The notes under the pieces: generated by a model
Database searches by the model: none
What the model saw: the letters and a program-made list of their open reading frames with translations, nothing else
What the model was told of the DNA's origin: nothing
Position numbers and translations under genes: made by a program
Assembly: GCA_902617375.1 (NCBI GenBank)
Contig: CACMWI010000003.1
Coordinates: forward strand, 138,092 to 202,091
Length of the DNA stretch: 64,000 nt
Source of the DNA: an uncultured Alphaproteobacteria bacterium
Lineage (GTDB): Bacteria; Pseudomonadota; Alphaproteobacteria; Methylaequorales; Methylaequoraceae
Reading direction: 5' to 3'
Shown here: positions 9,234 through 18,055 of the stretch, piece by piece
Layout: each line of letters starts with the position of its first letter
Position numbering within the stretch: position 1 is the first letter of the stretch

Positions 9234-11234
9234 ATGTGGAAACCTCTTTCTTTAACTTTTGTAATACTAATTGCCAGTCTTAATCAAGAAATTAAAGCGC
9301 AAACGACAAAAGATGAAATCATTGTGAAATCTAGTAAGCTTCAAGTTGACGGAATCTATGGTGCTGAGACATATACAATAAATAAAGATGACATTCAAAA
9401 TTCAACAAGTGAATCGATTGTTGATTTGATAACACAATACCCAGGTGTAAAAAAACAATTTGATATTTATGGAACAGGGTTTGGTATAGGCTCTAGGATT
9501 GATATCAGAGGTTTTGCTGATACAGCAAGAGACAATACAGCGATTTTAATAAATGGCCAAAAACTTACTCTCGGTGATATGAGTTTAGTTGATCTATCAA
9601 TTATTCCAATGGACAGTATCCAAAGAATAGAAATAACAAAAGGAAATAATTCCGTTCTTTATGGAAATAATTCGTCGGCAGGTACGATAAATATTATTAC
9701 GGATACACTTCCAGGGCAAAAAGACTCTTTGTTTGCCAAATTCACAGCAGGATCATTTGGTAAATACGAGGGTGCATTATCAGGTACAAAAACAGCAGGA
9801 ATATATTCAATTACTGGAAATACAAATTTTATTTCTTCTGATGGCTTTAGAAGAAATAATGCTCTTAGTCAGAGAAACGGCAGCATTGAATTTAAAGGAG
9901 TAACTGAAAACCTCTCCTATCATTTTAATGTGTTAGCACATAATCAATTTCTTGAATTGCCTGGAACAAGGAGTGTAGTTTCACTTAGGAGTGATCCAAG
10001 AGGTACTGGCACACCCACTCAATTCAACCAAAGAAATGGGTATAAAACCTTCTATGGGCTTAACTACTCTCCAATTAATGATCATGAAGTGGTTATCGAC
10101 GGAAGCTATAGTTTTGATAAAAGCCAAGCTAATATGGGAGAGTTTTCAGATACAGAAATATATAATTATCAGATTTCTCCAAGATATCTTTTTAAGTACA
10201 AGATCAATCAAATTGACATAGACAATATTATTGGACTAGATTTAATTTATGCTAACTATTATTCCGACAGAATGCAGTCTGACGGAGCATATTATTATAC
10301 AAATTTTAAAATGACTGACAAAACTGCAGCTCTCTATTTTAATTCAAATGTAAAGTTAAACTCAGAAAACAAATTTTCTGTTGGAGCTAGATATCATGGA
10401 AATTGGCTTAGAGCATCTAACAGTGTAACGCCAGGGTCATACTACGGGGGAACTTATACAGACAAATCTCCAGAAAGTTTTTCAAACCCACAATTTGCAT
10501 ATCATCTTGGTTACGAATATAAACTCAACAATTACAACATTATTTCTTCAAAAATTGGTAGAAGTTTTAGATATCCTAATTTAGACGAAAGAATTGGTCT
10601 AGGTAGTGGATTTACCAACAGTACAACTTTTAAACTTGGACCACAGAAATCTCATGATTTTGAGTTCGGTCATAAACTTAGTTTTGATAGTTTTAATATC
10701 ACAACAACTTTTTACTATATGAGATTACGTTCTGAAATTTCTACAACTGACAATTCTTTTTATAACAGAAATTTAGCGCCAACCGAGAGATATGGTATCG
10801 AGAATAACTTTAAATATTCTTTCATGAAAAATCTTAATATAGAAAATGCATTTACTCTTACACAAGCAAAATTTAGGGGTGGAGACAGAAACGAGAATGA
10901 TCTTCCAGGAGTTCCAGCTTTTGTAGATTCTTTACAAATTAATTATTCACCATTGGAAAATCTTTCTACGTATTTTAATTTTTACTATCAGTCAAGCTCC
11001 AGACCTCTTAATGATTTCAGAAACTATCAAATTGTACAAAAAGGTTATCATACTTTGAATATAGGGTTTGTAGGAAGCTTTAAAGGTTATAAAGCTTCTT
11101 TGGCACTAAATAACTTGCAAGATAAAATATATTATAACTACGCTGTCGGTTCAGGTTCAGGTGTTTATCACACAGTAAGTTACTACCCACTTCCAGGATT
11201 TAATACTTTATTTAAAATTTCTAAGGAATTTTAA
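9234..11234 (+). CDS. TonB-dependent outer-membrane receptor, probably for cobalamin (BtuB-like)
   Basis: Signal peptide, TonB box DEIIV, plug motifs IDIRGF and IQRIEITKG..SVLYG..AGTINIIT, C-terminal Phe; riboswitch upstream. Confidence 0.88.
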   Translation: MWKPLSLTFVILIASLNQEIKAQTTKDEIIVKSSKLQVDGIYGAETYTINKDDIQNSTSESIVDLITQYPGVKKQFDIYGTGFGIGSRIDIRGFADTARDNTAILINGQKLTLGDMSLVDLSIIPMDSIQRIEITKGNNSVLYGNNSSAGTINIITDTLPGQKDSLFAKFTAGSFGKYEGALSGTKTAGIYSITGNTNFISSDGFRRNNALSQRNGSIEFKGVTENLSYHFNVLAHNQFLELPGTRSVVSLRSDPRGTGTPTQFNQRNGYKTFYGLNYSPINDHEVVIDGSYSFDKSQANMGEFSDTEIYNYQISPRYLFKYKINQIDIDNIIGLDLIYANYYSDRMQSDGAYYYTNFKMTDKTAALYFNSNVKLNSENKFSVGARYHGNWLRASNSVTPGSYYGGTYTDKSPESFSNPQFAYHLGYEYKLNNYNIISSKIGRSFRYPNLDERIGLGSGFTNSTTFKLGPQKSHDFEFGHKLSFDSFNITTTFYYMRLRSEISTTDNSFYNRNLAPTERYGIENNFKYSFMKNLNIENAFTLTQAKFRGGDRNENDLPGVPAFVDSLQINYSPLENLSTYFNFYYQSSSRPLNDFRNYQIVQKGYHTLNIGFVGSFKGYKASLALNNLQDKIYYNYAVGSGSGVYHTVSYYPLPGFNTLFKISKEF

Positions 11235-11235
11235 A

Positions 11236-11949
11236 ATGAATATTAATTTTATGAAAAGTTTGATTATTTCATTTGGGTTTCATGCATTTGCAATTTCACT
11301 TTTCTTTATTGACGGAAAGAAATTCAAGAAAAGTGAAACCTCCATGACCGAGATTATTATTTTATCGGCGACCGAAAACAATAATATTAAAAAGAAAAAA
11401 ACAGACACACATGAAATCATAAAAAAAGGAGATCTAAGAGATGAAACCACTGAAAATAAGAATTTAACATCTTCGGTAGAAAATAATGAAAATGTATTTT
11501 ATAAAGTTTCAAACGCTAGTTTAACTTCAAATAATAATAAAAAAAAAAAAACTGATAATTCTTTTTTAGAAAATAGATCTTTCAAAAATCCTGATAACAC
11601 TAAAAACCCATCAAATTATGAAATCTCAAAATTTTCAGAAAATCAGAACACCAAAAGCACTTTTGCATCAAGTGCTACTTATAAAATTGGTTCTGCTAAA
11701 AATCCGCATCCGACTTATCCTCTAATTGCCAGAAAAAAAGGATGGGAGGGCAGAGTATTAATTCAGGCTGAAATTGACAGAGTCGGAAATGTTTCAGAAG
11801 TAAAAGTATTAGAGTCAAGTGGTTATAAAGTGCTTGATAATGCTAGCCTAGAAACGCTAAAAGAATGGAAATTTACACCTGCCAAAATCGGAAATAAATT
11901 TGTTGACGATACGGTAAATATTCCAGTCAAATTTCTTCTAACAAATTAG
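11236..11949 (+). CDS. tonB: Energy transducer TonB
   Basis: N-terminal TM with S..FH, low-complexity linker and C-domain YPLIARKKGWEGRV...SSGYKVLDNAS...WKFTPA. Confidence 0.9.
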   Translation: MNINFMKSLIISFGFHAFAISLFFIDGKKFKKSETSMTEIIILSATENNNIKKKKTDTHEIIKKGDLRDETTENKNLTSSVENNENVFYKVSNASLTSNNNKKKKTDNSFLENRSFKNPDNTKNPSNYEISKFSENQNTKSTFASSATYKIGSAKNPHPTYPLIARKKGWEGRVLIQAEIDRVGNVSEVKVLESSGYKVLDNASLETLKEWKFTPAKIGNKFVDDTVNIPVKFLLTN

Positions 11950-11970
11950 CTTTATAAAGTGTTACAAAGA

Positions 11971-12046
11971 TGGCGTCCCCTACGGGATTCGAACCCGTGT
12001 TGCCGCCGTGAAAGGGCGGTGTCCTGAACCACTAGACGAAGGGGAC
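11971..12046 (-). tRNA. tRNA-Glu(TTC)
   Basis: Reverse complement GTCCCCTTCGTCTAGTGGTTCAGGACACCGCCCTTTCACGGCGGCAACACGGGTTCGAATCCCGTAGGGGACGCCA. Confidence 0.97.
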
Positions 12047-12117
12047 AAATAATACTTGCAATTAAAATATATGAATATATATATAAACCTTTTAATTTAT
12101 AAGTAAATTGATTTGTT

Positions 12118-12465
12118 ATGAGAAATTTAGCTTTTTTAATTTTAATTATCGTGTTCCTCCCTCTTTCACCTTCAATTGGGAAAGAATCACCTAATCAGCT
12201 ATGTAATATTAGAGGTTACGAGATAATTTTCCCTTATGAAAAAGCAATTAATGAAATTAAAAATAAATTTCAAAATGCTCCAAGCATTAAAGAATTTGAA
12301 TTAGAACAATTTAAAAAGCATTTTGAGCAAAATTTTCATGGCATTCCACTTTATAAAGAAGCTGGATGTTCAAATGCTAGATTATCGGAATATTTAAATT
12401 GTCTTATATCAACTGATGATTCAGACTGCAAAATCTATTACACTCAAATGAGAATTGTAGATTAG
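12118..12465 (+). CDS. Hypothetical exported protein with four Cys
   Basis: 115 aa ORF with a hydrophobic N-terminal signal; fills the gap between tRNA-Glu and recJ. Confidence 0.65.
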   Translation: MRNLAFLILIIVFLPLSPSIGKESPNQLCNIRGYEIIFPYEKAINEIKNKFQNAPSIKEFELEQFKKHFEQNFHGIPLYKEAGCSNARLSEYLNCLISTDDSDCKIYYTQMRIVD

Positions 12466-14228
12466 ACAATTAAATCTTCAACATTTAGTTCTACATTTTC
12501 TTGTCCATCCCAACTATTAAGAGTTACCGAAACCAAAGCACTTCTTATAGGAGCTGAGCTTTTAATAACATCACCTAATTTAGTTCCTAACGAACCAAAT
12601 GAAATAGCCTTAATACGAGTAGAATAAGAATCTTCAAAATAAAAAGAAAGATGTTTTTCACCTACAACCCTTGGATATCTAATTACAACATCATTTATAA
12701 TAAATTTAGGCTTTGGATTACCTATACCGAAAGGAGAAAAATTATTAATTTTATGAAACAACTGATTATCAATAGTTGAGATTTTTAGTTCAGAATCATA
12801 GTTTTTTTTTAAATTCTCAATATTTGCAACAAACTTATTCTTTAAAAAGTTTTTAAAATCTTTTATTTTTGAGTTCTCTATTTTAAAACCACCAGCCATT
12901 TTATGTCCTCCCCCAGATGTAAGTACTCCATCATTTACTGAATCAAGAATGAACTTACCAATATCAAAACTCCTTACTGATCTACATGAAGCAGAACATA
13001 ATTCATTATCCTCTGAAATTACTATTGATGGTCTCATAAACTTGTTGGTTAACTTTGATGCAACTATTCCGAGTACTCCTGGGTGCCAATTTTTATTGTG
13101 TACACAAATTATATTTTGATCTTCTGAAATAACTTGACTAATTGCTTCTCTTTCAACTTTATGCTCTATACTTTTTCTGAGATTATTAAAATCACATAGT
13201 TTTTTTGACAGAATACTTGATATATTTTCCTCACGAGTTGTTAAAAGTTTTACTCCTATCCTTGAATCACCTACTCTGCCACCTGCGTTTATTCTCGGCC
13301 CAATGACAAAACCTAAATGATATTCGTGTAAATATTGATTTATCGAAGATTCTTGTATCAAAGCATTAAGTCCGATATTTTTTGTCTGGTTAATTACTTT
13401 GATACCCTGTTTTACAAAGGCTCTATTTACTTGATCTAATTTTACAAGATCACAAATGGTTGCTAGTGCAACAAGGTCTAAATATTGGATTAAATTTGGT
13501 AATTTTAATTTAAAGAGGTTATTTTTTTTTAATTCTCTACTTAGAGAAATCAACAAAAAAAAAGTAACACCAGTTGCACAAAGATTATCTAGGTTTGAAA
13601 TATCTTTATTTTTTTTCGGGTTAATTATGGCAAATGCATTTGGTAATAATTTTGATTGTTGATGGTGGTCAACAACAATCACATCAATTTTTTTACTAAT
13701 ATGTTCAATTGGTTTAAATGAAGTAGTACCGCAATCAAGAGTTAAAATAAGAACGCAGCCTTTTTCTTTTAGTGTTTCAAATGCCTCAATATTAGGTCCA
13801 TACCCTTCTTTAATTCTATCAGGAATATAAAACTCATACTCAACTCCAATTTCGGAAAAATAATTACAAATTAGAGAAGTTGCGCTTGATCCGTCAACGT
13901 CATAATCTCCAAGAACTCCAATTTTTTGTTTTTTTAAAATGCAATCAACTATTTTTTTTGTAGCTTTTTCCATGTCATCCAAAACAAATGGATCAGGGAG
14001 CGTTGTTTTAATCTTTGTATCCATAAAATTTTGGAAATTTTGTGAGTTTATGCCCCTCGAAACTGCTAGTTTTGCGATGCAAGTCTCTAACCCTAATTCA
14101 TTCTTTAAGATGACGACTTCATTTTTATCTAATTGTCTCTCATTCCATAAAAAACCATTTACTGAGTAATTATTTTTTTCGGTATTGTTTTTTTTTTTTC
14201 CTTCAATTAGATTAACGTTAGTTTTCAT
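12462..14228 (-). CDS. recJ: Single-stranded-DNA exonuclease RecJ
   Basis: GDYDVDG, DCG, VDHH, GPRINAGGR and GGGHKMAGG (DHH/DHHA1) motifs. Confidence 0.96.
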   Translation of the reverse strand: MKTNVNLIEGKKKNNTEKNNYSVNGFLWNERQLDKNEVVILKNELGLETCIAKLAVSRGINSQNFQNFMDTKIKTTLPDPFVLDDMEKATKKIVDCILKKQKIGVLGDYDVDGSSATSLICNYFSEIGVEYEFYIPDRIKEGYGPNIEAFETLKEKGCVLILTLDCGTTSFKPIEHISKKIDVIVVDHHQQSKLLPNAFAIINPKKNKDISNLDNLCATGVTFFLLISLSRELKKNNLFKLKLPNLIQYLDLVALATICDLVKLDQVNRAFVKQGIKVINQTKNIGLNALIQESSINQYLHEYHLGFVIGPRINAGGRVGDSRIGVKLLTTREENISSILSKKLCDFNNLRKSIEHKVEREAISQVISEDQNIICVHNKNWHPGVLGIVASKLTNKFMRPSIVISEDNELCSASCRSVRSFDIGKFILDSVNDGVLTSGGGHKMAGGFKIENSKIKDFKNFLKNKFVANIENLKKNYDSELKISTIDNQLFHKINNFSPFGIGNPKPKFIINDVVIRYPRVVGEKHLSFYFEDSYSTRIKAISFGSLGTKLGDVIKSSAPIRSALVSVTLNSWDGQENVELNVEDLIV

Positions 14229-14250
14229 ATAAAAAACTTATCACAGTTTT

Positions 14251-15444
14251 ATGTCTAGTAATAATAATATATTAATCGCACAAGGTGGAGGTCCTACAAA
14301 CGTAATTAATCAGTCATTGGCAGGTATAATTATCAATTAAAAAAAAAAAAAATCTAAAATTTTTGGGTCTATCAATGGTGTCAATGGAATTATAAATAAC
14401 AACTTCATAACACTAAATAACATATTATCAAAAGAAATAAAAATGCTCAGAAATACACCAGGTGCAGCTCTGGGTTCAACAAGGGATAAACCTGATCAAA
14501 AATATTGCGAGGAGATTTATAATGTTTTAAAAAAAAAAAGAATTAATAAATTTTATTACATTGGTGGCAATGACTCATCAGACAGCCTTCGTATCATTTC
14601 CCAATTCTCTAAAAAAAAAGGCTACAATCTTCAATGTATTCATGTTCCCAAAACAATTGACAATGATTTAGTATATAATGATCATACCCCCGGGTTTGGA
14701 TCAGCTGCTAAATATGTTGCACAACTATTTTCTGGAATAAATTTTGATGTAAGATCTCTTCCGGGTGTATACATAGGTGTTGTAATGGGAAGGCATGCTG
14801 GCTTTCTAACAGCATCTTCTTCACTTTTAAGAAGTAAAGGCTTTGATGGTCCTCATCTGATATTCATCCCAGAATTCTCATTTAGTATAAAAGAATTTAT
14901 CAACAATATAAATTCAGTTTTTAACAAATATGGACGCTGTGTTGTTGCTGTTTCAGAAGGCATAAAAGATAAAAATAATATTCTATATACAAAAAGAATA
15001 CAATCCTCAAATGAATATGACGATCATGGAAATATTCAGTTATCTGGTTCAGGAATGTTAGGCGACTTTTTAGCGAATGAGGTAAAAAATAAATTAAAAA
15101 TATCTAGAGTAAGGGCTGATACACTTGGATATTCTCAAAGATGCTTTCTTGGATCAGCATCAGAAATTGACCAAGAAGAGGCATTTGAGATAGGTTTAAA
15201 AGCTGTTTCTTTTTCAAATATGCATGGGGATTCTTTTTCAATAGGAATAGAAGAAAGAAAGAATTTTTCTCAAAAATATAAAGTAAAATTTATTGTCAAT
15301 AAATTAACTAACATTGCAGGTAAAACAAAAATAATGCCTACAAAATTTTATAATTTAAAAAAATTTGACGTAACAAACAATTTCATAAACTATTGTAAGC
15401 CTTTGATTGGTAAAAAATTCCCTCAAACTACGTCAATTATTTAA
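14251..15444 (+). pseudogene. pfp: PPi-dependent phosphofructokinase interrupted by an in-frame TAA at 14338-14340 (pseudogene or sequencing error)
   Basis: ATG 14251 gives MSSNNNILIAQGGGPTNVINQSLAGIIIN*KKKKSKIFGSINGVNG, in the same frame as ORF 14443..15444, which has LGSTR, IGGNDS, PKTIDND, MGRHAG and VSEG. Confidence 0.8.
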
Positions 15445-16717
15445 AATTTTCAATCCTAAAATAGACTGTTTTTTTTCTAATAAAATTAAGTCTATTTATC
15501 TTTTTTAAAGCTTTCATCATATTATTCTCATAACAATTATGAGTTGTAATTACAATTGTTGCATCTTTTGAATTGCTGATCTTTGTTTCCTTTTGAAGCA
15601 TTGATTTCATTGAAATGTTAAATGTTTTGAATTGATTAGCTATACCCGAAATGACGCCGGGTTTATCATATGTCGTGAATCTTAGATAATAACTACCAAA
15701 TCTTGATTGTAGACTAGTTTCTTGATGAGGAAACGTAGGGCTTTGCTTAAAACGATTTTTTCTTTTTTTTGATAGACTAATGATATCACTCATAACCGAT
15801 GTTGCAGTTGGGTGCGCACCAGCCCCTTCCCCTACGAAACAACTTTTTTTACAAAAATTTGATTCCACAACTATCCCGTTGTAAACACCATCTATTTTAG
15901 CGATAAAAGAGTCTTTTGATAAGAGGCATGGATATACAAAGTTTTTAATATTTTTATTTTTTAATTCTGTTATACCAAGTAATTTAATTTTGTAACCAAG
16001 TGAATCCGCTATTTCAAGATCTTGTAGATCAACATTTTCGATGCCTTCGTTATCAATCTTCGAAACATTACTATAACATTCAAAAGCTAGTGAAGAAAGT
16101 ATAGAAAGTTTATGAGCAGTATCAGTTCCGTCTATATCAAATTTCGGATTTGATTCAGCGTAACCTAATTTTTGAGCTTCACTGAGTATATGTTTAAAAT
16201 CTTTATTGTATAAAAGCATATTACTTAAAATGTAGTTTGAAGTCCCATTTAGTATACCGTAAATTTTTGTAATTTTATTTGACAATAAGAACTCATCAAT
16301 AACTTTTATAATAGGGATTCCACCAGCGACTGCGGCTTCATATTTTAGCGAACAATTATTCTTTTCCGCGAGTAAGTGTAATTGATTCCAAAATTTTGAT
16401 ACCAACGCTTTATTTGCTGTTACAACATTTTTCTTCTCTCGTAGTGCATTAAAAACTATGTCTTTAGATACCCCTTTTTCACCGCCAATTAACTCAACTA
16501 AAATATCATAATTATGAAATTTTAATAAATTCTTTGCGTCACAAAAAAAAACAGTATTTTTGAAAATTTCCCCATTAAATTCTTGTTTTCTTCTACTGGC
16601 AATTGCGGTTATTTCAATTTTTGTTTGTTTATTCTTATATTTTAATAATAAATCTATAAGGCCTTTCCCAACAGTTCCAACGCCTGCTATTGCTATCTTT
16701 ATTTTTGGATTCAACAC
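15437..16717 (-). CDS. hom: Homoserine dehydrogenase (with ACT domain)
   Basis: GVGTVG, VVTANKA, YEAAVAGGIP, GILNGTSNYIL, GYAE..P..DIDG and C-terminal DKPGV motifs. Confidence 0.96.
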   Translation of the reverse strand: MLNPKIKIAIAGVGTVGKGLIDLLLKYKNKQTKIEITAIASRRKQEFNGEIFKNTVFFCDAKNLLKFHNYDILVELIGGEKGVSKDIVFNALREKKNVVTANKALVSKFWNQLHLLAEKNNCSLKYEAAVAGGIPIIKVIDEFLLSNKITKIYGILNGTSNYILSNMLLYNKDFKHILSEAQKLGYAESNPKFDIDGTDTAHKLSILSSLAFECYSNVSKIDNEGIENVDLQDLEIADSLGYKIKLLGITELKNKNIKNFVYPCLLSKDSFIAKIDGVYNGIVVESNFCKKSCFVGEGAGAHPTATSVMSDIISLSKKRKNRFKQSPTFPHQETSLQSRFGSYYLRFTTYDKPGVISGIANQFKTFNISMKSMLQKETKISNSKDATIVITTHNCYENNMMKALKKINRLNFIRKKTVYFRIENFK

Positions 16718-16720
16718 TAA

Positions 16721-17467
16721 TTAATAGATTAAAAAGATTTCGGTTCTCTGATTAGCTTTTGTGCCAGCAGGCATATTCTCTTTAAAAAGTGGTTTTGTAT
16801 CTGATACTGCCTCAGTAAAAATGTTGGTGCTTGGAAAGTTATATTTCTTAATAAAAATATCGGCTACTGATTGTGCTCTTTTATCAGAAATACTAAAGTT
16901 CACTAGCTTATGTTTAGCCAAAGGCATATCCCTTGTTCTTTTACTTGCATGGCCAACTATTTTGATTTTTGCTTCTCTTTCTTTTGCTATTTTTGCTACT
17001 CTTTTAATTTTGCTCAAACCAGAACCATCAACTTGACTTGAGCCACTGTAGAAGTTTATCGTCGCAACTCTAAACTGTATTTTGTCATTAATACTAAGTT
17101 TAGGTAGTGGACTTTCAAAACTTTGCAAAGCAGTAACTGCTTCAACTTTCTCATTATTAGCAGTTTCATCAGCAACCGGTTCAACGACCTCTTCAGAAGA
17201 CTCCTCCTCAAGTCTTTGATCTAGCAGAACACTATCATATTCCTGCGTGGGAGTTGGATCTAACTTTTCTTCAGATAACTCAAGGGCCGGCTCCTCATTT
17301 TTTTCAGAAAGTAATGAGTTTTCTTCCTCTTGTATGTCAGAGAGAAGTTGACCAACCTCATCTACTGATTCAACCTCAGTATCATCTTTTTCCATGATAT
17401 CGGAAATACATCCGCTTAGAAGAAAAAAGAATGATAAAATTAATAGTTTTTGTTTTATTTTTGTCAA
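16721..17467 (-). CDS. OmpA/Pal-family lipoprotein with acidic linker
   Basis: Lipobox LLSGC, Glu-rich N-region and OmpA-C motifs INFYSGSS, IVGHAS, SDKRAQSVA, NQRTEI. Confidence 0.8.
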   Translation of the reverse strand: MTKIKQKLLILSFFFLLSGCISDIMEKDDTEVESVDEVGQLLSDIQEEENSLLSEKNEEPALELSEEKLDPTPTQEYDSVLLDQRLEEESSEEVVEPVADETANNEKVEAVTALQSFESPLPKLSINDKIQFRVATINFYSGSSQVDGSGLSKIKRVAKIAKEREAKIKIVGHASKRTRDMPLAKHKLVNFSISDKRAQSVADIFIKKYNFPSTNIFTEAVSDTKPLFKENMPAGTKANQRTEIFLIY

Positions 17468-17515
17468 ATTAACTTCCTATCCTAAGAAGTATAGTTAAAA
17501 AAAAGAAATCTGAAA

Positions 17516-18055
17516 CTACTTTTTTAAAAATTCTTGACTAAGATTGTAATATACATCAGGGGTATTTATCAATAATCTTTCTTCTGTGTCTGAAATTTTT
17601 CTTACAAAACGAGCAGGATTACCAGCCCATAACTCTCTAGTTCCAACTTTTGACCCTGGAGGAACAATTGCTCCTGCTGCAATAAATGCAAAATCTTCTA
17701 TTTTTGATTGATCTAAGATAACTGACCCCATACCAATTAGAGCATTTTTACCTATTTCACAGGCATGAATAGTGGCATTGTGTCCTATTGTAACATTATC
17801 AGAAATGATAGTTGGACTTCCCTTTTTTCCTTTTGCTGAAAACCCATAGGACGAAACATGAATAACAGTCCCGTCTTGAATATTACATTTTTTTCCAATT
17901 CTTATATAATTGACGTCTGCTCTTATTACTGTATTATACCAAACATTAGATTTATCTTCGATATTGACGTCCCCAATTATCATAACACCATCTGCTAGAA
18001 ATACTGAGTCTCTAATTTTTGGAGATTTATCTTTATATTTTAAAATCTTTTTCAC
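17516..18055 (-). CDS. Gamma-class carbonic anhydrase family protein
   Basis: Hexapeptide repeats, IRADVNYIRIG, NIQDGTVIH and TIGHNATIHAC. Confidence 0.9.
   Translation of the reverse strand: MKKILKYKDKSPKIRDSVFLADGVMIIGDVNIEDKSNVWYNTVIRADVNYIRIGKKCNIQDGTVIHVSSYGFSAKGKKGSPTIISDNVTIGHNATIHACEIGKNALIGMGSVILDQSKIEDFAFIAAGAIVPPGSKVGTRELWAGNPARFVRKISDTEERLLINTPDVYYNLSQEFLKK

Noticed and set aside
9991-10221. Alternative-frame ORF inside the TonB-dependent receptor (also 43184..43390 and 43278..43463 inside hpr)
   Set aside because: The host genes are intact in their own frames, and there is no evidence of frameshifting or dual coding.
8891-12046. Possible integrative island at tRNA-Glu with att duplication
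   Set aside because: I found no repeat of the tRNA 3' end on the far side of the module and no integrase, so it is not called a mobile element.
17472-17490. Hairpin ACTTCTTA-GGA-TAGGAAGT (minus strand) covering the SD of the OmpA lipoprotein
   Set aside because: A TATACT -10-like element overlaps the 5' arm, so that arm may not be transcribed; too weak to call a regulatory RNA.
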